From positions 70,680,001 to 70,744,000 of the forward strand of contig CM060733.1 of NCBI GenBank assembly GCA_030704615.1: a DNA stretch of 64,000 nucleotides. Reading direction: 5' to 3'. The notes under the pieces were generated by a model. The model did not search any database. It was not told the origin of the DNA and saw only the letters and a program-made list of their open reading frames with translations. Both the position numbers and the translations under genes were made by a program. Positions 26,890-39,984 of the stretch are shown here, one piece after another. Source of the stretch: Takakia lepidozioides. Its lineage: Eukaryota > Plantae > Bryophyta. The number at the start of each line of letters is the position of its first letter. Positions within the stretch are counted from its first letter, which is position 1.

Positions 26890-28187
26890 TTGAAAGCCTC
26901 CATTGCCAGCCCATTGTTGTCGATGAGGGAGGAGGAGACGAGGAGGGCCAATGAAGTGGCCAAGATAGCAAAGCGCCTCGAAGAAGTCAAGCCGGGTGAG
27001 GGCTTCTACCCTGATACACATTTGGGGGGGGGAGAGGATGAGGTATGGGCCGGTTCAGAGCAGCCTAGCCGATCAGCGACACCGCCCCCTGAGCCTGAGC
27101 GGTCAGCAAAGAAGGGCCTGGACTACGGGGCGCCGCCACCGGCTATGATCCACATCTGGAATCTACTTCCAGTGGCGCTCCGGGAGGGGATAGAGCAGGC
27201 ACTTCCGAAAACGGGGATTCCTCCCACATCGGGTGACACCAGGGGCGAGTCGGACAAGCTTGCAAAGGTACAACTGTCGCACCTTGTTCCATGATTTATC
27301 CTTTCCTTTGCATGCATGATTTTTCTTTGTTGTTTGTTTTCTTTTTTGAATTTGGGAGGTTATTTGTCTTCAGGAGGCAGCAACATGGCTGGCCTCATTG
27401 GTGCAGTCCCGTGGGGTTGCCAATGAGGGAGAGCACGTGGTATTCATGAAGGACCCGAACACCAAAGGTAAGAAGAAGAGGCCTCGATCTCCCGAGATCC
27501 CTTTTACCATCAATGAAGGGGCTGCCGAGGAGAGAGAGAGAAGGGAGAGGGAGAAGGAGAGGGAGGAAGTAGCGGGGAAGGGGAAGGAAAAGAAGAAGAA
27601 GAAAAATAAGTCCCATGGAGAGGAAGGGGTGAGTGTGCATGCGGGGGAGGGCAGTGGGGTAACAAAGGAGCAGGGAAGGAGGCTACAAAGAAGGGAGAGG
27701 GTGGGATGGCCTTGGCGATACAGGACGTGGAGTTGGCAAAGATCGTGGTGCCACCGGTGGAGGTGAATCGCCATGGCGACCCCTGCGGTGCGTTCTGGGA
27801 GGCTATGAAGAAGCCAGCCTTCAAACTCGCATTGAGGTGGTTGCCTTTGCACATTGAGTGGGCTGATTAGCACTTTGGCGCGAAGCGGGCGTATGCCCGT
27901 GAGTTAGACCACCGGTTTCCGGGCAATTGGAGTGACACAAGGGTGATGGAGATGGTGGGGCGAAACTTGAAGGACAAGAGGTACCGTGCCAAACAGATCA
28001 TTTGGAGGGCAATGGAAAAGGGGGCCATACCCAAACCACCTTATGGAATTACACAGGTTGGCAAATCCTGAATCATGTCACCTTCCATTTGTCGCATGTG
28101 CATTAATGAGGTGGATTTGATGCAACGTATGTGTGTAATTCACTAATTGTTGGGGGGGGGGGGGGGGGGGGGGGGGGGGTGGGTATC

Positions 28188-28218
<31 letters not shown>

Positions 28219-28770
28219 TGGGTGTCGTGGGATCGAGTGCGCGGAGAGACTTGATGCGCAAACAAGGCCAAATTTGACTGGGCACTCCGAAGCACAACAG
28301 TCCGCCTTGACAAGCACGAATCCACACACAAGTGGGGCGTCGACGGATCCAAGGTTTTATCTTGCGATTTGTAAGTCGTACTTCCCTATTGATTTTGTTA
28401 TGTCTTCTTTCTGGCTCCATCATCGCGAAGAACTGACCTTTAATTTGTGGCATGTGTAGCAACGCGCGTTTGAGAGGAAGCCATCTCCGTTAGAGTACAA
28501 CTACGCCAAGGAGCATGGTTGGCAATCCCTCATGAAGAACATGGCCAACACAGAGGGAGAGTGCACTACAGGGCACTAGTATGAATGAGGTCGAGGATCA
28601 TGCCCAAGGATTGGATGAGAGCTCTGTGGGACTTAGGGGAACGCCGCCTCATTTACGTGCTCTGGCAAAGGGCGCGGAGTCATCAGGCTCATCGGATAGC
28701 TCTGAGTCCTCCACTGAGGATGACTAGTCCTAGTCCATGTAGGTCCCAGGGTCAGTCTACTGAACCCTTG
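26890..28770 (+). pseudogene. Second CACTA gene (TnpA-like accessory), spliced and degenerate
   Basis: Exon-like segments ANEVAKIAKRLEE..KLAK|GT, a Lys/Glu-rich block and WLPLHIEW..ELDHRFPGNWS..NLKDKRYRAK, running toward the right TIR. Confidence 0.45.
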
Positions 28771-29610
28771 TGAGCTTTTCAGCTCATGTCTTGTAAATAT
28801 ATTTCCGTCTTTCCATCTTCCATCTTATTCATGTGTCGCACCGTCCTCACCCTCGATTCATGCTTGCTCAATTGTGTACCTGCTAATTCAAGAAATGGAA
28901 CTGTAAGTTCTCCCCATCCCCAAATACAAAACCAGGAAAAAAAACAAAAAACCCCCCCAATTCACCCCCAAAATGAACCCCCAACCCCCCCCACCAGGCT
29001 GCCCTCACAACTGCAGCACGTCGCCAATGGCGACGTGTTTTTTAATCCGGGGTCGCAACCCGCGATGCCCCTGGCGTCGCGGAGACCGCCTCCCTGCCTG
29101 CGCCACTTTTTTTTTTAAAAAATTAAAAAAAAAAAACGCGACGCCGGAGCGTCGCAACAACCCACGCCCGAGCGTGGCGAGACCGACTCCAGCTGTTTTG
29201 TGTCCGCCCAATAGTCGCTGGCAGCGACGCACGTGCGTCGCTTGGCGTACCACCCATCCCACCCGGTTGACTCCCGGTCAGGTTAGAAAAAAAAAAGGTG
29301 ATGCGACGCCGCGCCGGCGCCCCCACCAGCGCTGTCGGCTGGAGGGCGCAATGGCGAGACGTCACTCGAAGAGGCTCCTGCCATCGGTGCGGACGGCCTG
29401 AAAAAACTGACGTCCGGCAGTCGCGAGAGTTTGGGGCGGGGCTCGCGACCCCATACATACGTCGCACTTTTGCGACGTCATTTTGGCGACGCCCTTGCGA
29501 CTGCAGGGCGACGGCCGGGCGTCGCAAATTCTGCGCCTCCCACGTGCCTGAAAAAGGGCGTTTTCCCGACGTTGCGCAGGCATCGCAAAGGCCCCCCTTT
29601 TCCTGCAGTG

Positions 29611-30068
29611 TACCCACTTGGTAGTGTAATCAGTGGCTGTGAGGATATATTGGTTCTGTGTGTACCTCGCTGTAGGTTTATGTGGTCCTACGAAGTCTAG
29701 CCCCCAACGCTGAAATGGCTCTGTTGGTAGTATTGGGTGCATAGCTCTTTTTCCAGTTCTTTCTACTGGTCCCATTCTCTGGCAAACATCACACTGTTGG
29801 CAGTGTTTGTAAGTGTCTCGAAAGATTGTAGGCCACCAGTATCCTGCAAATAATATCTTCTTTGCCGTCAGATCCGAACTGAAGTGTCCTCCTGATATTC
29901 CTTCATATAATTCTTGCATCACTGTTTTGGCCTGTTCTTTGTCCACACATCTTCTCATGATGGAATCAATTCCTCGTTTGTAAAGAATTCCTCCGATCAC
30001 CATATATGGTTTGCTTTTCATTGAAAGCTTTCTCTTGTCATCTTTGGTGTATTCTTCAGGAAATTTTC
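29611..30068 (-). pseudogene. Gypsy integrase, N-terminal part (HHCC Zn finger plus start of the core)
   Basis: [56 protein letters not shown]. Confidence 0.92.
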
Positions 30069-30258
30069 CGCATTACTACTTACGCAGTGGCACAAGGACG
30101 GACGAACGCAGAGTACCTTTTCTCTAAATCGATACTTGCAAGCCCCACAAGCTTACAAGCACTTACCCATTTCATTCTGTGCCAACCATACCTTCATGCT
30201 CTGTGCCCTGCAAGCTTTCCTTCAGCTGTTTCAAACAAAGCCTTTCTGTTTGTCTAGA

Positions 30259-31174
30259 ATGAAGAGAGTGAGGGGAATGGAGGATATCAGGGTGAAGAGC
30301 ACGATGATACTGCAGAAGCAAACAATTGCAGCACCGCAGGTAGTACAGCTGCTAAGGGAGTTGCGATTGGAAGGGCTGCTACGCAAGGACTGGTCCTTGC
30401 ATCATCGGCAATTCATGATACAATTTCTTCAGAACTTTGAGCCTCGGACAGGAGTTTTCCAGGTGAGGGGAGTAGATATATAAATTACTCCCCAGTACCT
30501 GCAGCAATTGTTTGATTTGCCATCAGACATGTGGATGTGGATGAGCACAGGGCAAGATTGCGATAGGGAATTTGTTCCAAGAAGGGAGTTTCTTTAAAAC
30601 TCAGGTTTTGCTTGTACCAAAGCCGAGTACCCAGGCTAAGGGAAGTTGGTCAATCTTGAACGTTCTGTTTGCCATGAAACAGAACCAACAGTATTTGAGC
30701 AAGTCATTCACAGAGGGAATCCTGAAAGCTTTGAGGGGAGAGGATGTCGCTTGGGCGGAGTTAATGTACAACGGATTGGTGGACGAGATGAAGAGGTTAC
30801 AGGGCACTGCTGCTAAATCTCTGATCATTGTGTCCGGTCCAGTCATTGCCCAAATAATTCTTGATTCTTGCATACTTGATACTCGGGAACGTAAGGAGAT
30901 GGGAGTGTTTGAGGCAGAAACCACAGCAATTGAAGAGCAAGGCTCTTCACACAGTGAGGGTGGACTGGCAGCGCAACACCAGTCTAAGAGACGGAGGTGG
31001 GGTATGACTGTAGTGGCGGATCCACTGGCTTCACGGAAACCGCACGATAATGTTTCCCAAGCTCTTTGTGCCGGATGGGGCACAGCAGCACAGAGAGCTG
31101 CTATTATTGGAAGCAGGGCCTTCAGAGAGGGAAGAGGAAGTCACTTCGATACCACAGCCACCACAACCAATTGA
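30259..31174 (+). pseudogene. Antisense inserted segment encoding a homolog of the gypsy accessory ORF
   Basis: LRLEGLLRKDWSLHH..FLQNF..LQQLFDLP..VAWAELMY resembles 9435-10121; interrupts pol between IKYYL and GKFP. Confidence 0.6.
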
Positions 31175-31179
31175 CTCAG

Positions 31180-31583
31180 TATCAGGTAGTATTTGATTGG
31201 CCATTGCCAATCATCTTGATCTTGGTCTTGAAGTTCTTTATGATTATTCTTTGGTGTTTCTCCTTCATCTGTGGATTCTCCATCCTCTGTTGTTTCCTCT
31301 TCATCTGTCTCAAATAATTTAAGAGAATATGGAAGATCATGGTTTGCTTGAAACACTCCTAGAGCGTCCAAAGGGTCAGTCTCTTCTTCTTGGGCTTCTG
31401 GTTGAACAGCAAACAGAAATGCATCGGGAAGTTGATCCTCCACTCCTGTTGCTGGTTCTCCTATGGTAATTCTTGATAGATGATCTGCTGTAACATGAAT
31501 CTTTCTGGTTTATGAACAACTTCAAAATCATATTCATGAAGAAGGCGAAGTGACTCTCAGTTACGCCGGCCTTGGTCGGAGTC

Positions 31584-31621
<38 letters not shown>

Positions 31622-33560
31622 TCATGAAGAAGTAATAACCATCGAGCAACCTTGCCACTAGCTATGGTCGATTTGCCAAATGAACCAAAGCCTGATTATC
31701 AACAATAAACTTTAAGCGATTGCCAAGTAAATAATGCCGAAACTTTTGAACAACATAAATCATTGCCAGTGCTTCCCTCTCCGTGGTGCTATAGTTCTTT
31801 TCAGCAAGTGTCAACAGTATGCTTGCATAATAGATTGGTTAATCTATTGTGCCTGTCACATTCTAAGCCAGAACTGCTCCCAGGGCGATGCCTGATGCAT
31901 CACTGTGTACATGGAATGGTAAATCCATCTTGGATTGATCAGGATTGGTGCCAATGTGAGTGCTCTTTTTAGTGAATCAAACGATTCCTGACATTTTGGA
32001 GACCATTGGTATTTGGCATCCTTCTTTAGCAGTCTATAGACTGGTGCTGCTTTGTGAGCGTACTTGGCCATGTACCTTCTGTAATAGCTTGTCTGCCCCA
32101 GAAATCTTTTGAGTTTCTTTGGATTCTGTGGTGGTGGTATTTTCTGGATACTGTCCACCTTCTTTGGGTCAACCAAAATCCCTTGTTGGCACACAATGTG
32201 TCCCAATAGTAATCATGAATTCATACAAAATGTGCATTTTTTGGGGTTGAGACTTACTCCATTGTTTCTGCAGGCTTTTCTGCAGTGTAGGCAGAGTTTT
32301 AACTGTGCCAAGTGTTTGGATTTCTGTCCGAAGATGCTGAAATTGTCTAAGAATACTTGTATAAAGTCAGTGAGATAGCTCTTGAATATCTCAGATACCA
32401 CTCTTTGAAACGTGACAGGTGCGTTGCAAAGTCCAAATGGCATAACTTTGTAAGCGTAGGCTCCCCATTCAGTGATGAATGCGGTCTTCTCTCGGTCTTC
32501 TTCTGCCATTTGCACCTGATTGTACCCACTGAATCCATCCATGAATGAGTACATCTCATGCCCTGCCACTGTGTCCAACACTATCTCTGTAAAAGGTAGT
32601 GGAAATGGATCTTTCTTGGTTCCTTCATTCAATTTGTGGTAGTCCACACATACTCGTAATTTGCCATTCTTCTTGGGTACTATTACAATGGGTGATAACC
32701 ATTGTGGTTTCTCTACTGGGTATATGAATCCCGCATCTAGTAATTTTTTGATTTCTTCCCAAACCTTAGCTGCATAGTTGGGATTCATTATGTATCGGTT
32801 CTGTCGAACTGGTTTGGTGTCAACTTCCAGCTCAATTCGGTGCTGATAGATGTTAGGGGGTATTCATTTCAGATCTTTGTAGTTCCAAGCGAATACATCC
32901 TTGTGTTCAGTGAATAGTGCAGTGGCTTATTGTAGAAATGATTCTTCAAGGCATGCACTCACTCGTACTATCTGTGGTTCTTCCACTGTTCCCAGATTCA
33001 CTTGAATCAATTGAGTTTCTTCCGTCACTATACATCCTGCAATCTCCTTCTTCATCCGACAGCCCACTGGACCAGTCATACTTTTCCACTATGCAAGGTC
33101 GTTTCTCTCGTGGAATCGGACCTCGTTGCTTCGTGGTGATAGTGACTTGTTCTGATCCTTTCTTGATCGTGAGAGTCTGACTTCCCCAATCATGGTGAGA
33201 TTGGGCTTGTGTTAACCATGGTCTGCCAAGTAGTAACAAATATCCTTCTACCACATCTTCCATTCTAAGAATGGTCACCGATACTTCGTATACCAGTGCC
33301 TGCAGCTTCCATTGCAAGACGTCTGATGATACCCAATGGTTGTACTTTCCGTTGATCTGCCATTTGGACCGTGAATGGAGCAGGTTCCATATGCCCCAAT
33401 CCTACTTCTTTCTTCTTCATCCTTTCTGTCATTATTTTCACTCCAAATCCTCCGTCGATGAGTACATCTGTCACCAGCTTTCGTCCGATACGTACTTGTA
33501 ACCCCGGTATTGCTTCATCGTAGTCTAGAGCTTGTGGTATACTTGTGGGTTTATCGTATA
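31180..33560 (-). pseudogene. Gypsy pol: protease, reverse transcriptase and RNase H (frameshifted)
   Basis: Motifs VLIDGG, KLRVCVDY, MDGFSGYNQV, MPFGLCNAP, FLDNF, FLGQTSYYRR and ADHLSR. Confidence 0.93.
31545..31618 (+). mobile_element. Short (TC)n-tailed retroposon
   Basis: 14-bp TSD TATTCATGAAGAAG (31531-31544, 31619-31632); homologous to 8178-8268. Confidence 0.85.
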
Positions 33561-33899
33561 AACCTCTGGTGCTGGCGGTGTAGGGGTCAAAGCCTCAATT
33601 GCTCCAAATAAAGTTTTCTTGCAGTGCGGAGCAATTTTCAGTAATTGTCCAATGGTGATTTGGGTCTTGGTCTGGCATATTACTTCAGCTAATGTTGTCT
33701 CCGTGGTTTCATTCGTGGTCTTAGTGGTTGGTCTGATCTAATTATCTGGGGTTGGATCTCCAGAAGGTATACGGGTTCCTTGTAGTTGAGCTATGGCCTT
33801 GCTTACCTCCTGGTGTAAGCTCTTTTCTTCCTACCATGCTGCACTTTCTGGATATTGTCTTCGGTCTTCTTCGGATTCAGACTCCTTATCTAGAGGTTT

Positions 33900-35624
33900 C
33901 TGTTTCTTGGCCTGAGTTTGGGTTACCGCAAGGGTGTCCATTACAGGAGTTACCACACTCGACTACACTCGGTCCGGCTTCCCTATTTCCCAATTCTGCC
34001 TTATGCTTGAGTCGCAATTGGGCATTCGTGTTTCCAGTGTCCCTCTTTCTTGCAATAGTGGCATCTCGTGGTCCTCTTGTTCTCTGGGTTGATGTTCTCT
34101 ATCCCGTGGTGGATAGTCTTCTCGTGGCCTCTGGTAACGATTACCTGTGTTGTATCGTCGTGATCCATCCGATCTTCCCCGTCGGACTTGGACTTGGGGA
34201 ACCCCCACCTCTCATGTGTACCCACTCTTCTTGGTCCCTTGATTATAAATACAATGGCTGGTACTTTGATTGTTCATATGATAAATATCACAGTATTTGT
34301 CTTTCATATGGCATTCTGTTGCTAGGTGTCCTGCATCCTCGCACTTGTGACACCATGTTGCCTTTCTTGTCTCTTCGTTTCTAAAATTCTTAAGAGCCTT
34401 TGCTATCTTCTGGTCCAAGGTGGTTTTATCAATCACCTCCTTTTTCTTTGATTTGGGTTTCTCTTCATCATAGAGTCATCTTCTTCCAATGTGTCCTTGG
34501 AATCCTTGTTTCTGCTCTGGTGGAACCCAAGTTCCAACTTCTTTGTAGTTCCTACTGCTTTCACAAAAGTGTTGTTGGGTAAGACTGTAACCATGGTTAC
34601 GTACTCATGACAAAGTCCATTGACGAACCATGACTTCTGTAAGTCATCCCCTGGTGCTTGGTTTAACTTCCTAACCAGAGTTTTCATCCTCTCTAGGTAG
34701 TCAACTACCAATTCTTTCTTTTTTCTTCTCCATGATTCGTAATCCTGAAAAGATTTCAGATATGGATTTGTTGGACCGATACCTCTCTTGGAAGGCTGCT
34801 TTCATTTCATCCCCGGTTGCAAAATGATTGGCTGGGAATGTTGCCAACCATTCGATGCCTTTCCTGGCCATTGAACATGGAAACAATCGGATCTTTTCCT
34901 GATCCGTGGCTTCATTGTAAATAGTGCACATGTTCTCAAATTGATTAAGATGGATATCTGGATCAGATTTCCCATCATACAGAGGAAATGGTGGTCGGGT
35001 TTTGCTTGCTGCCAAAGCCATTGGTGCAATTGGTGCTGCAGGTCGTCCAAACTGAAATGGTCCAGCTGCTGTTGACAATGTTGGTGTTGGGATTGTCAAT
35101 ACTAGTGGCGTCACTGGTGTCTGTCTTCCAAAGAGAGATTTGAAGCTAGGAGGTCCTTGTCCCAAGGATAGCCGACTGCTAGCTGCTGTCCCAACTGAAC
35201 TAGTTAATGAATCTTTGAAGGCTTTGAGTGCTGTTCTGGTTACTTTTTCTGGAGAAGCGGTTTCACTTCTTTCTCCTTCTTCACTAAACAGATTCTCAAA
35301 TTTCTCCTCCAATAATTTAACAAAACCTCGATTTGGGCTTGTTACTGTGGAAGGTGCTTCAGATCTTTCTTTATGGTAACCATTCGTTGAGTGTATTACT
35401 TGCAGCTCCTCCTGATGTGGTATTCTCAATTTTTGGAGATCAGGTCTCCCAATCTTCTGGATTATCAGTGTGAGCTTGTCCTGATGTCTCTCCTTGAAGA
35501 ATAGAAGAATCTGTAGCTCTGGGAATTCTACTCTTAATCGAACTTCCTTTTCTGCTGCGTATCTTTCTAATCTTTTAGTCCTGTCTTGCTTAGCTTTTTC
35601 CCTATTTTCCTCATTCATTCCCAC
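33900..35624 (-). pseudogene. Gypsy gag with CCHC zinc knuckles
   Basis: YDGKSDPDIHLNQFE, SWFVNGL, CHKCEDAGHLATEC and CHYCKKEGHWKHEC. Confidence 0.88.
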
Positions 35625-36220
35625 ATCATATATGGATTTCTTTTAATTTCCCTCTCCTAAGCCTTGGTATGTCAGTAAAGATAATTACAGTGGTCTCTAC
35701 CATTTCTTCAAGATTTCACCATCCTGCCAGAATCTGTAGCACGACTTAATCTTTCTTTACTGGTTGATCACCAATCTTTTAATAGGCACAATAATACCAT
35801 TTGTCCTTCTCAGTGTATCTAATTTGTAACAAGTCTTTGGGTATCTAGTACTCTACTTTTTCTATGATTGTATGACAATATTCATAATTTGAACAGCCTT
35901 CATTGAAGACGTAACTAGTATAACGTACTTTTTTGATAGGCAATAGAGTAATCAATAAAGCTAAATGAGAAAGCCAAATCTCACTTACACTCCTACTTTC
36001 CCATGGTGCTCGTGCAATATTGATCACTCCTCCATTCAATCCCCATTTATCCTCTTCTTTCGCAAAGATCTTATGTTGTATTGCTACTGGTAAACCCTGA
36101 AACTTTTTCAGGAATGCTTTCCATTCCTTCGCTTCCACTAACTCGTTCTCTCGTGATTTCAAGAAATCACTGAGTAGCCATCATTCCTTGAGTTCGCAGG
36201 AACTCAACATACCGTTAGTA

Positions 36221-36690
36221 CCCAGTATGGTCGCCAAATGTTAACCGCTGGTTCGTGACTTAGACGAAATGGGCCTTCATCGGTACAGTCCATTTCCCGA
36301 GGCACTTATCAGAGGTTGTCCGATAGTATGTCTACAGGACGATTACAGAGTAATCGTCAATGACCATGCAACACTCATGTTATGCAAATCAATATCCCTA
36401 TTACTGCTTAAGTCCTTGGACCGATCATAATCAGTATTTGATAATCAGTCAGTGATACCAGGAACTTAGGCGAAGCTGTATTGCTATAGCTGTGACTAAG
36501 TTCTGGTCAAGTACACAACAAGGCAATCTACTATGTGCAACGACATATAAGATCTATTCCAGAGATGATACACATTCTCACCATCTCACGTTCTCTCATA
36601 ATACATATTCTCTCTATCTCACAATCACTCTACACATAAGCACTTAGAGAAACATTGCTTTACGTCAAAGTCACCACGTCATAGCATAAA
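36221..36690 (-). repeat. Primer-binding site (TGGCGACCATACTGGG) plus truncated 5' LTR (36239-36690)
   Basis: On the minus strand the LTR ends ...TAACA followed by TT-TGGCGACC; similar to the left LTR. Confidence 0.75.
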
Positions 36691-36699
36691 CTTTACTCT

Positions 36700-37645
36700 G
36701 TTTGTGCAGATGAGATGGATGTTGGAATCAGAAGAATTGAGGCACATGCCCATGGCAGGAATGTCATTACCCATGTATCAAAACCTGCCCCCATTGGTTT
36801 TGTACACATGTTGTACCCAAATTGGGGTATGGAGTGGATAAACCCTAAGGGTTTGATAAAAGAAGCATTCTTGAAATTTGGACAGGCTGATCTGGCTTTG
36901 TTGATTGAGGAAATAATGTTTCAAGGATGGACATATCATAAGGAGAGTAGCACTTATTACTACTTGCCTGCGTAGGTTTTCCGTGACTTTAAATTCCTGT
37001 CGGGTTTGATTGAGTCACCTCCTTGCCTCTGCAATATTGCCAAGAGGTTCAATGCTTTATGTGATATGGATACACTGGCTGAATTTCAACTAACTGATTT
37101 AGCCCCCATACAACATGTTCATACTATGGATCTGGGCATCATAAGGCACCCCAAGCTAAGAGAACTCTTCAGCTTAGGTATGAACCATATCCCACTGAAA
37201 AGTACCCTGCTCAAAGATGTTGTTGCAGAAGGTATGTGATCTTCTTCATGTTAATTCTGCAGAGCCATGGGCAGTAGAGTGCTGTCTGTGGCTAAAAATA
37301 CCTGCTGGGACAGGTTGAAGAAAAAAGCCAGTATGACAAGGTTCAACTATTCTTATCATGAGAGAAACCCACTTGTCATGAGAGAAGCTCGTGATGAATT
37401 AGACTGGCTTCTTAAACACCTGTATATGTCTGGTCTTGATAAGGCTAACAACAATGTTTGTTTTCTATGTGTGAAGCACATCAGAACCCAAGCCTTAAAC
37501 GTAAAGATTTTAGACCATGTCTTCAAGATGATGTATGGTCATCACCCGACTCTGTTTTGGAAAGCCTCGTTGTTGAAGTGCCAGATATGATACCTGAAAT
37601 TCCCGTGACTTTTTGTAGTCTTCCCTACATGATGGGAATATACAA
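36700..37645 (+). mobile_element. Penelope-like retroelement fragment (possibly Naiad/Chlamys type)
   Basis: CLC..HVHTMDLGII.HPKLRELFSLGMNHIP..LDKANNNVCFLC..LPYMMGIYK, resembling the pre-RT region of Penelope-like elements (PLEs). Confidence 0.5.
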
Positions 37646-37647
37646 AA

Positions 37648-38520
37648 GGAGTTGCTATTCTATCAGCCATCAGCTATCAACCATCAACCATCAACCATCA
37701 GTATGACGTGGATGCGAGAACACTGGCCACATGGCAATCAATAATTTTTTCACGGGCTGCCCGTAAATTTGTGCTTGGATTCACTAGAGACATTAATGCA
37801 AAATGATACGGTATTGTCCCGAAACACCACCTTTGGTTACAGAAGGTGGAGACTGATCTGGAAAACAAAATATATTTCTGCGATCTACAACCTTAGCTTC
37901 TGAAAGTATAAACCTACAGTAGACATTGTCTGTTTAAAAACAAACACCATACATGTTATCAAATGATGTAGACACGCCAACACATCAAAAGGTTGACGAC
38001 AAAATTCTGGGGACACCACTTTCATTCGCCGAAGGTGGGCACAAAAAACAGAAGGTCTGGAGGTCCACAACATAATCTGGGGGAGACGACCTTCTTTTGT
38101 TGAAGGTAGGAAAAAGAATAAAAGGTCCAAGAAATAATTTGGGGACACCACCTTCGTCCGAAGAAGGTGGAAATAAAAATCAAAGATCCAATTTTTTTTT
38201 GAGGAGACTACCTTCGCCGAACGAAGATGGCCATAAAAATCAAAGATCCAAATTTGTTTTCGAATGAGACCACCTTCGTTCAACGAAGATAGGGAATAAA
38301 AGTCAAGGACCCAAAAACATTTTGATGGAAACTACCTTCGTTTAATGAAAATAGACATAAAAATCGAGGATCATAGACATTTTATACGGTGGACCACCTT
38401 CATTCGACGAAAATGGGCATAAAAATCCAAAATATTGCTCTGTGGAGACCATTTGCCGAAGGTGGGCATATAGATCAGTAGGTCTACGTCAATTTTGGGG
38501 CAGACCACCTTCGGTGAATG
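37648..38520. repeat. MULE-like terminus followed by a ~61-bp tandem array of CCACCTTC-N7-GAAGGTGG palindromes
   Basis: GGAGTTGCTATTCTATCAGCCATCAGC plus 7-bp repeats resembles the 56561 terminus. Palindrome cores at 38090, 38151, 38211, 38273, 38335 and 38397. Confidence 0.6.
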
Positions 38521-39984
38521 AGGACGTTGAAAACGTCTTCAAGAATTTATCATGGACGCCACCTCTGGTAAGAACAGGTACCTTGCATTTCTCCTCCACC
38601 CAGCTAAACCCTCTCTGTTCAGCACCTTTTTGAAACGCACAGCTAGAACTCGAAGAAGAGGCCGGGGGAGGATGTTGCAGTCACTTAGGGGAAAACGACT
38701 TAGGGAAACCATGGCAGGGTGCGAGTGGGGACGTGAAAAACAAAACCCACGCAAAGAGCTTTGATCCCATGATGTCGCGGCAAGCAGACATGGCTCTCAC
38801 CAATACGCTACATGCACACATCTGAAATTATCCTGCAAAACTATGTATATAATTTCAACGTTTTTCAGCCCCCTTATATATACATAGTCGTATGTGGGGG
38901 TATTAAATTAACCCCCTTCTTTTCACGCACGTGATAGGTACAACTGACCTTGGTGCACCCCCCATGAATTCATCCTAAACATTCATTCATCCATTTATTT
39001 ATTAATTCAAACCAATTCATCCTGATCCTCATTCATCCTAATTCATCCTAAACATTCATTCATCCTAATTCATTCATTCATTCTGTCATTCATATAACTA
39101 CAAGAAGACACTTACTCTACCATTGTGGCATAATCCACACTAGAATAAAATAAGCCAAGTAACATTTCTCACACCATGTATAGTCAGCATGCCACATCAT
39201 ATAGTTGACCCCCATTGTGTGGATTAACTTACACTATATGGCTCATTCTCACACCAGTGTGAGATAAGCCTTGTACACTGTTCGACACCTTCTCGGTCAA
39301 CAACCGTTGACCACAGAAGGTGTGAGCTTGGTGTAGACTAGTCTACACAAAACGACTTTTCTTACATTGGCTCAATCTACACCATCTAAATTTTACAGGG
39401 GTGTCAAATTTTGTGTAAGAAAAGCCAGGTGTGAACTACCCTTGATGTAAAAAAAAGCTAGGATCTCTTGTAGTGCAGGATCCACCATCTCCTCATCTTG
39501 TACTTCATTCGCCTGTAACTCTTCGGCTATCAGTATCGGAGTTAATGGGCAAATCCCGCGTCAAGTCTGCAAGGTCCAAGATATCTAAGTGCAGCTGGGT
39601 TGAGTGCAATTCACCAACCTGTGACAAAGAAACAACGGCAGACTTGGAATCATCTCCTCATCATTTTCACAGTAGCAGGCTCGGATCCACCATCTCCTCA
39701 TCATATACTTCCTTCGCCTGTAACTCTTCGGCTTGATGACTAGGAACCGTCCCCCATATAGCGGATTGTGGAGGGGCCCCATAAACAACTCCATGAATCT
39801 CACGTTGAGCATCAAAAAGGTTTTTGAATGCATTATGCACCGGAAAGGTCATGAGCTCGGACTCATCTGCTCAGAGAAAAATATATTTTAGTCATGAAAC
39901 AGGGTTCATTGACACGGGTACATTCATCGCTTCCGGTTGCACTGAATAAGGGTTACATAGGGTTACCGTTGTTTCTGTCGGGAT

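Larger units (their letters stand above)
11776..29610. mobile_element. CACTA element A (17.8 kb) inserted in the gypsy integrase
   Basis: TIRs CACTATAGCAAATGGGGGG and (reverse complement) CACTGCAGGAAAAGGGGGG. 3-bp TSD TAC (11773-11775, 29611-29613) splits the integrase peptide TKWV|ETKA. Dense GCGACG/CGTCGC subterminal repeats. Confidence 0.93.
6483..36690 (-). mobile_element. Ty3/gypsy LTR retrotransposon (non-chromovirus-like, with extra 3' ORFs), carrying nested insertions
   Basis: LTR-derived blocks 6483-6830 and 36339-36690 are similar direct repeats. The order gag-PR-RT-RH-INT lies on the minus strand, and PBS and PPT are present. Confidence 0.9.

Noticed and set aside
28078-28462. Proline-rich ORFs
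   Set aside because: Artefact of an intronic poly-G tract (28151-28217).
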